Of a DNA stretch of 64,000 bases, positions 20,130-29,035 are shown piece by piece. The notes under the pieces are model-generated. The model was not told where the DNA came from. It saw nothing but the letters and a program-made list of their open reading frames with translations, and did no database searches. Both the position numbers and the translations under genes were made by a program. Source of the DNA: Acetobacteraceae bacterium (lineage in GTDB: Bacteria; Pseudomonadota; Alphaproteobacteria; Acetobacterales; Acetobacteraceae); NCBI GenBank assembly GCA_035486355.1, contig DATHNE010000207.1, positions 521 through 64,520 on the forward strand, read 5' to 3'. The stretch's first letter is position 1, and the number at the start of each line of letters is the position of its first letter.

Positions 20130-20789
20130 GTGGTCGTTTTCGGAGTGTCCGACCAGGCGACGCTTTGGCTCAAGCGGGGCGTCCCCGCGTACACGGACCC
20201 ACCCACGCAACTCGCGGAGTTTGACGACCACTGGGTCGTCCAGATGGCGCGGCAGGGCACCAGGTACACGACCGTTTTCCAACCTGCTCGCAACGGTGTG
20301 CCCTACCATATGCGGGTCTTCCTGACCCCAAGCGGCGGCAATTGGGGCATTGGCATGCTGCCGGATTTGGCCGGCGCCGGAACCGCCATCGGGTCCTTGC
20401 GCTGCGGGCAGATGCCTTTCGCGACGTCGTGTCGACCGCCGCACGACGGCAAGCACCAGCACAGCAGCAGGGGTAAGTTCCTTGACGCAATGCCCCGCCC
20501 TACTCCGCGGGCACCGGCCGCGGCTTGCCGTGCTCGTCCACCGCCACCATCACGAACTCGGCGGCCGTCACCTTGTGCCGCTCGCCCAGCCCGCGTGGCA
20601 GCGCCCACGCCTCCACAGCCAGCGACATTGACGTGCGTCCGACCCGGATCACCTTGGTATAGACGCACACGATATCCCCGACCTTCACCGGCCTCAGGAA
20701 GCTTAGATGCGACACCGCCGCCGTCGCCGTGCGCCCCTTCGCCCGCGCCGCCGCGGCCGTGCCCGCCGCCAGGTCCATCAGCGCCATGA
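20130..20789 (+). CDS. hypothetical protein; only about the first 120 codons look coding, 3' end unreliable
   Basis: GTG start. Hand count gives about 80 percent G/C at codon position 3 over 20130-20492, falling to 7 of 20 sampled codons after 20500, where the ORF runs antisense through the thioesterase gene. No stop until 20789. No family recognised. Confidence 0.35.
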   Translation: MVVFGVSDQATLWLKRGVPAYTDPPTQLAEFDDHWVVQMARQGTRYTTVFQPARNGVPYHMRVFLTPSGGNWGIGMLPDLAGAGTAIGSLRCGQMPFATSCRPPHDGKHQHSSRGKFLDAMPRPTPRAPAAACRARPPPPSRTRRPSPCAARPARVAAPTPPQPATLTCVRPGSPWYRRTRYPRPSPASGSLDATPPPSPCAPSPAPPRPCPPPGPSAP

Positions 20790-20889
20790 TCCACCCGCCG
20801 AAGATGTCGCCCGCGGGATTGGTGTCGGCCGGCATCGCCACCATCCGCAGCGCCAGCTCGCCGCTCGGTGAGGTGTCACTCGTCGCCAT
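20500..20889 (-). CDS. acyl-CoA thioesterase (YciA-like hotdog fold)
   Basis: LRMVAMPADTNPAGDIFGGWIMALMD...VGRTSM matches YciA-type thioesterases. 129 aa. Confidence 0.88.
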   Translation of the reverse strand: MATSDTSPSGELALRMVAMPADTNPAGDIFGGWIMALMDLAAGTAAAARAKGRTATAAVSHLSFLRPVKVGDIVCVYTKVIRVGRTSMSLAVEAWALPRGLGERHKVTAAEFVMVAVDEHGKPRPVPAE

Positions 20890-20955
20890 GGCCTGCGCCT
20901 CCGCCGGGGATTACACTGGTCCCATGCTGCGACGAACGACGGCGGAGCGCGAGGC

Positions 20956-21741
20956 ATGAATCCACCAGAGGCGATCCTGCTGCGGCGCGACCAGGAGGGC
21001 GTGGCGCATCTGACGCTAAACCGCCCCGCCGCGCGGAACGCGCTCTCCCTCGCCCTGATGGAAGCGCTCGATGCCGAACTCGTGCGCATCGCCGACGACA
21101 CCACGGTGAAAGTGCTGGTCATTGCCGGCGCTGGCCCTGCCTTCTGCGCCGGCCACGACCTGCGCGAGCTGCGCGCCACGCCCACGCGGGAAACCTACGC
21201 GGCCACCTTCGCCCTCTGCTCCCGCCTGATGCAGCGCATCGTCGGCCTGCCGAAGCCGGTGATCGGCCGCGTGCACGGCGTCGCCACTGCCGCTGGCTGC
21301 CAGCTCGTCGCCACCTGTGATCTCGCCGTCGCCGCCGACACCGCGCGCTTCGCCACGCCCGGGGCGAACATCGGCCTGTTCTGCTCCACGCCGATGGTCG
21401 CGCTGTCGCGTGCCGTCGGGCGCAAGGCGGCGATGGAAATGCTGCTAACCGGTGACTTGGTCGACGCCGCTCGCGCCCACGAACTCGGCCTGGTGAACCG
21501 CGTGGTGCCGGAGGCCGAACTGGACAGTGCCGTCGCCGCGCTCGCTGGACTGATCGCGGCGAAAAGCCCGCTCACCATCGCGATTGGCAAGGAAGCCTTC
21601 TACCGCCAGGCCGAAATGGACCTTGCCACCGCCTATGCCTACGCCAGCGAGGTTATGACGCGGAATATGCTGGCGCGTGATGCCGCGGAGGGCATCGATG
21701 CATTCCTGACCCGCCGTCCGCCGGCATGGACGGGGACTTGA
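20956..21741 (+). CDS. enoyl-CoA hydratase/isomerase (crotonase) family protein
   Basis: LNRPAARNAL, GAGPAFCAGHDLRE, GVATAAGCQLV. 261 aa. Confidence 0.9.
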   Translation: MNPPEAILLRRDQEGVAHLTLNRPAARNALSLALMEALDAELVRIADDTTVKVLVIAGAGPAFCAGHDLRELRATPTRETYAATFALCSRLMQRIVGLPKPVIGRVHGVATAAGCQLVATCDLAVAADTARFATPGANIGLFCSTPMVALSRAVGRKAAMEMLLTGDLVDAARAHELGLVNRVVPEAELDSAVAALAGLIAAKSPLTIAIGKEAFYRQAEMDLATAYAYASEVMTRNMLARDAAEGIDAFLTRRPPAWTGT

Positions 21742-21772
21742 TGTCCGGCACACCCTCGCCTTCATTCTGGGC

Positions 21773-22684
21773 ATGAAGGATCCCTACGACATCCTGGGCG
21801 TGCAGAAGACCGACAGCGCGGACGCCATCCGCGCGGCTTATCGCAAGCTGGCGAAGACGCACCATCCCGACCTGAACCCTGGCAAGCCGGAAGCCGCTGA
21901 GAGGTTCAAGGAAATCTCGGTCGCCTACGACCTGTTGTCGGACGCCGACAAGCGTGCCCGCTACGATCGCGGCGAGATCGACGCTTCGGGCAACGAAGTG
22001 CCGCCGCAGCGTCCGTTCTATCGCGACTTCGCCGAGGCCGGCGGCCAGGGACGCTATCGCGGCCACACCGGCTTCGACCCCGACCATCTGGAGGACATCC
22101 TGGCCCAGGCATTCGGCGGACGCGGCTTCGGCGGGCGCGGCGGGGAGCAGAATTTCAAAACGCGCGGCAGCGACGCCCGCTACGCGCTGACGGTGGGCTT
22201 CCTCGATGCCGCCAACGGCACCACGCGCCGCATCACCATGCCCGATGGCAAGACGCTCGACGTGCGCATCCCCGCCGGCGTGCGCGATGGTCATGTGCTG
22301 CGCCTGAAACGCCAGGGCATGCCCGGCAGCGGCGGCGGTGAGCCTGGCGACGCGCTGGTGGAGGTCGTCGTCGCGCCGCACCCGTTCTTCCGCCGCGAGG
22401 GCGACGACGTCGTCATCGAGCTGCCGGTGAGCATCCAGGAAGCGGTCGTCGGCACCACGCTGGAGGTGCCCACCATCAAGGGCAAGGTGCGGCTGACCAT
22501 TCCGCCGAACTCGGGCACCGGCACGCGCCTGCGCTTGCGCGGCCGCGGCATCCACCAGGGCCATCAGTTCGTTCAGTTGCACGTGGTGCTGCCGCCGGCG
22601 GAGGAGCCGGAACTGGCGGAGTTCCTGAAGGCCTGGGAACCCCACCATCCCTTCAACCCGCGCGCCGGCCTGGAGGAGGTCTGA
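21773..22684 (+). CDS. cbpA: J-domain co-chaperone, CbpA-like (no Zn-finger)
   Basis: DPYDILGV...HHPDLNPG J-domain, a G/F-rich linker, and DnaJ C-terminal domains without the CxxCxGxG repeats. About 303 aa, like E. coli CbpA. Confidence 0.85.
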   Translation: MKDPYDILGVQKTDSADAIRAAYRKLAKTHHPDLNPGKPEAAERFKEISVAYDLLSDADKRARYDRGEIDASGNEVPPQRPFYRDFAEAGGQGRYRGHTGFDPDHLEDILAQAFGGRGFGGRGGEQNFKTRGSDARYALTVGFLDAANGTTRRITMPDGKTLDVRIPAGVRDGHVLRLKRQGMPGSGGGEPGDALVEVVVAPHPFFRREGDDVVIELPVSIQEAVVGTTLEVPTIKGKVRLTIPPNSGTGTRLRLRGRGIHQGHQFVQLHVVLPPAEEPELAEFLKAWEPHHPFNPRAGLEEV

Positions 22685-23001
22685 TGCAGCTCACCTCGGT
22701 CCTCGCGCTGTTTGCCGATCTGGAGGAGACGGAGCTTTCGGTGTGGATCGCCCGCGGCTGGGTGCTACCGGAAGAGGCCGACAGCGGCTGGGAGTTTGGC
22801 GAGATCGACATCGCCCGCGTGCGGCTGATCCACGATCTGCGGCACGGCATGGCGGTGGGCGAGGATGCGATGCCGGTGGTGCTGTCGCTGCTGGATCAGG
22901 TGTACGAGCTGCGTGGTACGTTGCGCACGCTGATGCGCGCATTGGAAACGCAGCCGGAACCAGTGCGATCGACGGTGCTGGCGGCGCTGCGTCGCAACTG
23001 A
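22684..23001 (+). CDS. cbpM: chaperone modulator CbpM-like (MerR-type HTH fold)
   Basis: Start overlaps the cbpA stop by 1 nt. 105 aa. Colinear by eye with E. coli CbpM (ARVRLIHDLRHGM..., LSLLDQV..LR). Confidence 0.75.
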   Translation: MQLTSVLALFADLEETELSVWIARGWVLPEEADSGWEFGEIDIARVRLIHDLRHGMAVGEDAMPVVLSLLDQVYELRGTLRTLMRALETQPEPVRSTVLAALRRN

Positions 23002-23006
23002 ATACG

Positions 23007-23113
23007 CCTCTTCCGCTGGGAGAGGCCGGTGCGCGCAGCACGGCGGCTGCGGGCGATGGCATACCCTCACCCGCGTCGCACGCTCCGCGACCTCTGCCGC
23101 AGTGTGGGAGATG
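23007..23113. repeat. REP-like composite element (family 1)
   Basis: CCTCTTCCGCTGGGAGAGG at 23007-23025, then CCCTCACCCGCGTCGCACGCTCCGCGACCTCTGCCGCAGTGTGGGAG. Same architecture as 14670-14781. Lies between convergent cbpM and ftsH. Confidence 0.7.
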
Positions 23114-23125
23114 TGACTGCGGAAA

Positions 23126-24988
23126 CTACACTGCCTCGGTTGACTGCGGCCGGGGGATCTCCTCTCCGCTCAGCGTCTCGTGCGCCAGTAGCGCCGCCGC
23201 GCCCTCATCCAACGCCGCTCGGTTCGCTCGCAGAATATCCAGTGCCCGTCCCAGCGCCCTGTCGAGACGCGCCCGGACCGCCTGATCGATTTCGCGCGCG
23301 GTCTCCTCAGAATACCGCCGCCGCTGCCAGAACATGCCCGGCTGCTGCAGGAAGTTCCCCTGCTCGGTGTCCCACGCCACCGGCCCCAGCTTGTCGTCCA
23401 TGCCGAACCGCAACACCATGCCGCGCGCGATATCCGTCGCCTTCGCCAGATCATCCGACGCACCCGTGGACACATCCGTGCCGATGGTCATTTCCGCCGC
23501 GCGACCGCCCATCAGCACCGCCATCTTGTCCTCCAGCTCCTGGCGGCTCATCAGGAACCGGTCCTCGCCCGGCCGCTGCATCGTGTAGCCCAGTGCCCCG
23601 ATCCCGCGTGGAATGATCGAGACCTTCTGCACCGGATCCGTTCCCGGAATCGCCAGCGCCACCAGCGCATGCCCCATCTCGTGATACGCCACGCTACGCC
23701 GCTCTTTTGGAATCAGGATGCGCGACCGCTTTTCCAGTCCAGCAACGATCCGTTCCACCGCCGCGGTGAAATCCTCCATCGCAATCGCCGGCGCGCGCCG
23801 CCGCGTTGCGACGACCGCCGCCTCATTGCCGAGATTGGCCAGATCGGCCCCGGTGAACCCGGGCGTCAGCGCGGCGATCTCGTCCAGCTTCACGTCGTCG
23901 GCCAGGGTCAGCTTCTTCAGGTGGATCCCCAAGATCTCGATACGCCCCTTCTTGTCCGGCCGATCCACCAGCACCTGGCGATCGAACCGCCCGGCACGCA
24001 TCAGCGCGGGATCCAGGACCTCCGGCCGGTTGGTCGCCGCCAGGATCACGATCGCCACCGAGCGGTCGAACCCATCCATCTCCGCCAGCAACTGGTTGAG
24101 CATCTGCTCCTTCTCGTCCTGCCCGCCCATTGGATTGGCGCCCCGGGAGCGACCCAGCGCGTCCAACTCGTCAATGAAAATGATGCACGGCGAAGACTTG
24201 CGAGCCTGCTCGAACATGTCGCGCACGCGCGCCGCGCCGACGCCCACGAACATTTCGACGAACTCGGCGCCGTTGGTGGAATAGAACGGCACCCCGGCCT
24301 CACCCGCCACCGCACGGGCCAGCAGCGTTTTGCCGGTGCCGGGCGGGCCGACCAGCAGGATGCCGCGCGGAATATGCGCGCCCAGCCGGGTGTACTCGTC
24401 CGGCTTCTTCAGGAAGTCGACGATCTCATGCAGTTCGTCCTTTGCCTCATCCACGCCGGCGACATCAGCAAAGCTGACCGTCACATCGGTCTCGGCAATC
24501 AGCTTGGCGCGTGACCGCCCGACCGACAGCAGCCCGCCACCGAAGCCGCCCATTCCGCCGCCACGCCCGCCCCCCATGGCGCGCGAGGCCAGCATCCAGA
24601 TGCCAACGAACAGCAATGGTGGCAGCACCCACGACAGCAGCGTGCCGAACTGCGAACTTGTCGCGACCGCAGAATACTCCACGTGATGCTTGGCCAACGT
24701 GTCGGCGAGGTCTTGCGGGACCTGGGTGGTGGTGAAGTTGGCCGCACCATTCGGGAGCTTTTCAGACAGTGTGCCGCGGATCGTGTCGCCTGCGATCGTG
24801 ACCTTGCTGACCTTGCCGTCGTTCAGCAATTGCTGGAACTGGCTGTAGGGGATCACATCGGTGGCGCCGCCGGTATTCTGCGTTGCCAGCACGCTGATGC
24901 CCAAAGCGGCCAGCAGCCCGAGCGCGAGCAGCCAGAGTGGGAACTGCGGTTGTGGTTTGGCAGCCGGCACGGCCGGGGCCCCCTTCAA
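23126..24988 (-). CDS. ftsH: ATP-dependent zinc metalloprotease, FtsH family
   Basis: Two N-terminal TM segments, Walker A GPPGTGKT, Walker B IIFIDELD, zinc site HEMGHAL. 620 aa. Confidence 0.9.
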   Translation of the reverse strand: MKGAPAVPAAKPQPQFPLWLLALGLLAALGISVLATQNTGGATDVIPYSQFQQLLNDGKVSKVTIAGDTIRGTLSEKLPNGAANFTTTQVPQDLADTLAKHHVEYSAVATSSQFGTLLSWVLPPLLFVGIWMLASRAMGGGRGGGMGGFGGGLLSVGRSRAKLIAETDVTVSFADVAGVDEAKDELHEIVDFLKKPDEYTRLGAHIPRGILLVGPPGTGKTLLARAVAGEAGVPFYSTNGAEFVEMFVGVGAARVRDMFEQARKSSPCIIFIDELDALGRSRGANPMGGQDEKEQMLNQLLAEMDGFDRSVAIVILAATNRPEVLDPALMRAGRFDRQVLVDRPDKKGRIEILGIHLKKLTLADDVKLDEIAALTPGFTGADLANLGNEAAVVATRRRAPAIAMEDFTAAVERIVAGLEKRSRILIPKERRSVAYHEMGHALVALAIPGTDPVQKVSIIPRGIGALGYTMQRPGEDRFLMSRQELEDKMAVLMGGRAAEMTIGTDVSTGASDDLAKATDIARGMVLRFGMDDKLGPVAWDTEQGNFLQQPGMFWQRRRYSEETAREIDQAVRARLDRALGRALDILRANRAALDEGAAALLAHETLSGEEIPRPQSTEAV

Positions 24989-25080
24989 TTGTCCTCGGGA
25001 TCAGCAATGACGCAGCCACTGGGGCAACGCAACAGTCGCAAAGTTGACAAGCGCGGACACGCCCCACCAACGTCGCGGCC

Positions 25081-26085
25081 ATGCGCACGCCCGGCCTGAT
25101 CGACCTGCAGGTGAACGGCTTTGCCGGGGTCGATTTCAACAGTGCCGCACTGACCGCCGACGCGCTGGACCACGCCCTAGCGGCGATGCGGCGCACCGGC
25201 GTGATCACCTGCCTGCCGACCCTGATCACCGCGACCGAAGCGGACCTGGCCGCCCGCTTCGCGGCACTTGACGCGGCCGTAGCGACCTCGCACCTCGGTC
25301 CGGCCATGGTTCCCGGCTATCACCTGGAAGGCCCGTTCCTGAACCCCGCGCCGGGCTACGCCGGCTGCCACCCGCCCGAGCCGATGATCGCCGGCGATCC
25401 GGATTTGCTCGACCGGCTGCAAGCCCCACTGCGCAGGCCGATCCTGTTGCTGACCCTGGCACCCGAGCGCCCCGGCGCCGAGGCACTGCTCGCCTGGGCA
25501 CACCGTCACAGCACCGTTGTCGCGATCGGCCATTCCGCCGCCCGCGCACCTGAGGTCGCTCGCGCCGCCGATCTCGGCGCGACCCTCAGCACGCATCTAG
25601 GCAACGCGCTGCCGCAGCTCCTGCCGAAGTTCGACAATCCGTTGCTGGCGCAACTGTCCGAAGACCGCCTGCACGCCAGCTTCATCGCCGATGGCCTGCA
25701 CATTCCCCCCTTCGCGCTGAAGGCACTGATCCGGTCCAAGGGCATGGCGCGCACGATCCTGGTCACCGATGCCACAGCCGCGGCTGCCGCACCCACCGGC
25801 TGCTATCAACTGGCCGGCATGGGTATCGAACGATCCGTGGATGGATCAGTCCGCGTCCCCGGTGCGCCGATGCTGGCGGGTTCCTCGCTGGAGCTGGATC
25901 AGGCCATCCGCAATCTCATCACCTGGGGCATCGCGACGTTCGAGGCTGCACTGCGCATGGCGTCCATCAATCCGGCGACGCTACTTGCCAATGCATTGAC
26001 GGCGCACAACGTCACTCTGGCGAAAACAGAGATCACCTGGTCCGACACGCTTCACCCGGCCAACCCGTCCATCGCCACCCGATAG
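25081..26085 (+). CDS. N-acetylglucosamine-6-phosphate deacetylase-like amidohydrolase (NagA family), lacking the N-terminal beta-sandwich
   Basis: Colinear with E. coli NagA from GFIDVQLNG onward (LIDLQVNGFAGVDFN, CLPTLIT, HLEGPFLN, GHS, THLGNA, ADGLH, VTDA, LAGSSL). The first ~50 NagA residues are absent. Confidence 0.8.
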   Translation: MRTPGLIDLQVNGFAGVDFNSAALTADALDHALAAMRRTGVITCLPTLITATEADLAARFAALDAAVATSHLGPAMVPGYHLEGPFLNPAPGYAGCHPPEPMIAGDPDLLDRLQAPLRRPILLLTLAPERPGAEALLAWAHRHSTVVAIGHSAARAPEVARAADLGATLSTHLGNALPQLLPKFDNPLLAQLSEDRLHASFIADGLHIPPFALKALIRSKGMARTILVTDATAAAAAPTGCYQLAGMGIERSVDGSVRVPGAPMLAGSSLELDQAIRNLITWGIATFEAALRMASINPATLLANALTAHNVTLAKTEITWSDTLHPANPSIATR

Positions 26086-26107
26086 TACCGTGCGCCGTCT
26101 TGCCGCC

Positions 26108-26200
26108 TTCTTCGTGATGCCTGCGGACGCAGGCATCCACGACAGGACACCAACAGATCGGGGAGACATCGACACCTGCTTTCGCAGGTATGACGAGGAC
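26108..26200. repeat. REP-like hairpin pair (family 2)
   Basis: GATGCCTGCG-GA-CGCAGGCATC at 26116-26137 and ACCTGC-TTTC-GCAGGT at 26174-26189, flanked by GTCAT/ATGAC-type ends. Lies between convergent genes. Similar units at 43968-44057. Confidence 0.6.
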
Positions 26201-26244
26201 GACTAGAACGTTGCTGTGCCGGCACAACAGTGCGGAACGACCGC

Positions 26245-27630
26245 TCACCTCGCCCGCAACCGCATCGAGCTGACAAGCATCGCCATTGCCGCCGACACGA
26301 TTGCCATCGACAGCGCCAACGTCGTGCCATGCGCCACATCCGACCCGACATGTGACCCCGTCAGCCCAAACGACAGCGCCACCAGCGCACTGCCGAGCGT
26401 CTGCCCTGTCAGCCGCGCGGTCGCCAGCATCCCCGACCCCGCACCACTCCGCTCTCGCGGCGCGCTGCCCACCAGCAGCCGGTTGTTGGGTGACTGAAAG
26501 AACCCGAATCCCAGCCCGCACAGGACCATCCGCCAGGCGACATCGGGGTAACTCGCGCCCACTGGAAGCAGCAGCAGACACACCAGCCCGGCGGTCATCA
26601 CGGCCAGCCCCGCCGTGCCCAGCACCCCCGCCGGATACTTGTCCGACAGCCGCCCCGCGATCGGCGCCACGATCACCACGATCGCCGGCCAGGGCGTCAT
26701 CAGCAGCCCGGTCTCGATCGGCGTCCGCCCGCCGACATACTGAAAGTAGAACGGCAAGCAGACATAGACACTGGTCTGCGCAATGTAGGAACAGACCGAG
26801 GTCCCCACCGACAGCGCGAAGATTGGCCGGCGAAACAGGTCCACCGGCAGCAGCGGCACCGGCAGATGCAGTTGCCGGTACAGGAATACCGCCCCAACCA
26901 CCACCGCCAGCACCAGCTCCACCAGCTCGCGCTTGCCCGGATGGCCCAGGCCGTCCACCAGAGTGATCACCAGCCCGAAGGTCATCGCATTCAGCAGGGC
27001 ACTCAGCAGGTCGAACCGATGCGTCGCCTGCGGTGTCATCGGCAACACCCGTGCCGCCAGCCACAGCGCGATCCCGCCCAGCGGCACGTTGATCAGGAAC
27101 AGCCAATGCCAGGTGGCGATCGACAGGATGCCGGCCGCGATAGAGGGTCCCAGCGCCGAGAATGTCGCCACCACGAACGCGTTGAACCCAAGGCCGCGCC
27201 CCAGCTCCGCCCGTGGAAAGATGAAGCGGATCAAGGCGGTATTGACGCTCATGATGCCGGCACCGCCAAACCCCTGCACCACGCGAGCCGCCACCAGCAG
27301 CGGCAGGGTTGGCGCCAAGGCGCAGCCCAGCGAGGCGATGCTGAACACCACCAGCCCGGCCATGTAGACCCGCTTGTAGCCCAGGATATCACCCAGGAAC
27401 GCCAGCGGCAGCAGGGAGACCGCAACCGCGAACTGATAGGCGTTCACCACCCAGACGGTCGCCGCCGGGGTGGTCGCCATGTCATGGGCGATGGTCGGCA
27501 GCGCGATGTTGGCGATGGCGCTGTCGAGGACCGCCATCGAGACCGCAATCGCGATCGTGACCATGGCGCGACGCCGCGCGCCCGGCGGAAGGCCTTCCCC
27601 GAGTTCCATCAAGTCCGATCCATGCTGCAC
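26245..27630 (-). CDS. MFS transporter (DHA2/EmrB-like, 14-TMS type)
   Basis: GTG 27630 (ATG 27609 alternative). N-terminus VTIAIAVSMAVLDSAIANIALPTIAHDM is typical of the drug:H+ antiporter-2 family. Polytopic throughout. Confidence 0.88.
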   Translation of the reverse strand: MQHGSDLMELGEGLPPGARRRAMVTIAIAVSMAVLDSAIANIALPTIAHDMATTPAATVWVVNAYQFAVAVSLLPLAFLGDILGYKRVYMAGLVVFSIASLGCALAPTLPLLVAARVVQGFGGAGIMSVNTALIRFIFPRAELGRGLGFNAFVVATFSALGPSIAAGILSIATWHWLFLINVPLGGIALWLAARVLPMTPQATHRFDLLSALLNAMTFGLVITLVDGLGHPGKRELVELVLAVVVGAVFLYRQLHLPVPLLPVDLFRRPIFALSVGTSVCSYIAQTSVYVCLPFYFQYVGGRTPIETGLLMTPWPAIVVIVAPIAGRLSDKYPAGVLGTAGLAVMTAGLVCLLLLPVGASYPDVAWRMVLCGLGFGFFQSPNNRLLVGSAPRERSGAGSGMLATARLTGQTLGSALVALSFGLTGSHVGSDVAHGTTLALSMAIVSAAMAMLVSSMRLRAR

Positions 27631-27697
27631 CTGCTAACTTGACCCGGACTTGGGGTGTCAACAAGCTGCCGGCATCTCATCCTTCCCCGGAGCAGCG

Positions 27698-28171
27698 ATG
27701 CATCTGCCGCAGACCGAGGCTGTTGTGCGCCCCGACTGGATCGACTCGAATGGTCACCTCAATCTTGCGTACTACGTCGTGATGTTCGACCAGGCGACCG
27801 ATGCGATGTACGAGGCGCTCGACATCGGCCAAGCCTATCGCGAGGGCACCGGCAATTCCTGCTTCACCGCCGAGACACACACGATCTACGAGCGCGAATT
27901 ACGGCTGGGCGAGCGGGTGCGGATCACCAGCCATCTGCTGGCGGTAGATGCCAAGCGGATGCTGTATTTCCACGAGATGTTCCACGCCGAACAGGGGCAC
28001 CGGTGCGCGGCGCAGGAGCTGATCGCGCTGCATGTGGATTTGCAGGTGAGGAAAACCGCGCCTTGGCCGGCGGAGGTGCTGGCACGGCTGCAGGACGGGG
28101 TGCGGGCGCGGGAGGGGATGCCAATGCCCGAGGGCGTAGGGCGACGGATCACGATGCCCGCACCGAAATGA
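27698..28171 (+). CDS. thioesterase-superfamily (4HBT-like hotdog) protein
   Basis: Start moved to ATG 27698 behind GGAG. VRPDWIDSNGHLNLAYYVVMFDQATD is typical of acyl-CoA thioesterases of the 4HBT class. Confidence 0.78.
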   Translation: MHLPQTEAVVRPDWIDSNGHLNLAYYVVMFDQATDAMYEALDIGQAYREGTGNSCFTAETHTIYERELRLGERVRITSHLLAVDAKRMLYFHEMFHAEQGHRCAAQELIALHVDLQVRKTAPWPAEVLARLQDGVRAREGMPMPEGVGRRITMPAPK

Positions 28172-28175
28172 CGTG

Positions 28176-28290
28176 CATCTCTCCCGCTTGCGGGTCGGCA
28201 ACCGACGCGACGCGGATGAGGGTCGTGCCGCGGGTGAGACCCTGACCCGCGGCGCGACGCGCCGCGACCTCTCCCACTGTGTGGGAAAGG
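28176..28290. repeat. REP-like composite element (family 1, degenerate)
   Basis: TCTCTCCCGCTTGCGGG..., GATGAGGGTCG...GGTGAGACCCTGACCCGCGGCGCGACGCGCCGCGACCTCTCCCACTGTGTGGGAAAGG. Aligns with the 14741-14781 and 23064-23110 segments. Confidence 0.65.
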
Positions 28291-28294
28291 TGTG

Positions 28295-29035
28295 CTATCC
28301 ACCCTTCGTCGCGTTCCGGAACGTCACCACCAGCACGTCCCGATGCGCCGGACGCTGCGGATCGAGCGGCACCACCGGCGTGACCCCGTGATACACCCGC
28401 GCGTCATCCACCAACGCCGCATCGAACGAACGCGTCAGCGTGAAGCTCCCCAGCTCCCGCTTCTCCAGGTCGTGGATCGTCGTCGTTCCGCTGGCAATAT
28501 TGTGGCGGCCCACCAGCAGCACCAACACATAATCCACCCCATCCCGATGCAGCCCCTCCGGCGTCGGCTGACCCGCCTCGCCCGGCCGGGCCTCGATGCG
28601 GAACTGATGCACCTCGACATGCCAGGTGCGTACGGCCGGCGCGAGGCCGCCGAATAGCCCGTGGCAAAAGCCCAAGATGGTGCGCAGACTCGCGCCATCA
28701 CCAATCTCAGGCGAGATCGGCGAGAACCAACGTGCGATCCCACCATTGAGCTGATTGTAATTCAGCGTCTGATAGTGCGCCTGATGGGGCTGACGGGTGA
28801 TCGCGCCATCCGCCGCGGCAAACACCGCATGACGCCGCCGCCGATAGCGCCCGCCATCCGCCATGTAGGTATCGAGATCGAGCGCATCCCAACTGCTGAC
28901 GAAATCGCCCCATTCGTTCAGGCTGCCGGCCGTCAGCAGCGCTTGGTGCATCGCCTCCGCCGCGACGAACACGTACCCGGCGCGGCTGAGATGTTCCTCC
29001 AGCCGATCGTCCGGATGCAAAACGAGTTCGCTCAT
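28295..29035 (-). CDS. 2OG-Fe(II) dioxygenase, PF10014 (2OG-Fe_Oxy_2) type
   Basis: Start moved to ATG 29035 (MSELVLHP), ATGA overlap with the upstream stop. The region GQPTPEGLHRDGVDYVLVLL...YHGVTPV contains an HxD...H facial triad. Confidence 0.75.
   Translation of the reverse strand: MSELVLHPDDRLEEHLSRAGYVFVAAEAMHQALLTAGSLNEWGDFVSSWDALDLDTYMADGGRYRRRRHAVFAAADGAITRQPHQAHYQTLNYNQLNGGIARWFSPISPEIGDGASLRTILGFCHGLFGGLAPAVRTWHVEVHQFRIEARPGEAGQPTPEGLHRDGVDYVLVLLVGRHNIASGTTTIHDLEKRELGSFTLTRSFDAALVDDARVYHGVTPVVPLDPQRPAHRDVLVVTFRNATKGG

Noticed and set aside
26033-27106. 357-aa minus-strand ORF overlapping the MFS transporter
   Set aside because: It lies on the same strand as the MFS gene but out of frame, is Gly/Ala/Arg-rich, and its 3' part merely translates REP hairpins (VIPAKAGV-type pseudo-peptide).
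27639-27661. TTGAC-N13-GTCAA inverted repeat between the MFS and thioesterase genes
   Set aside because: Only 5-bp arms are complementary, which is easily produced by chance. No adjacent regulator suggests a function.
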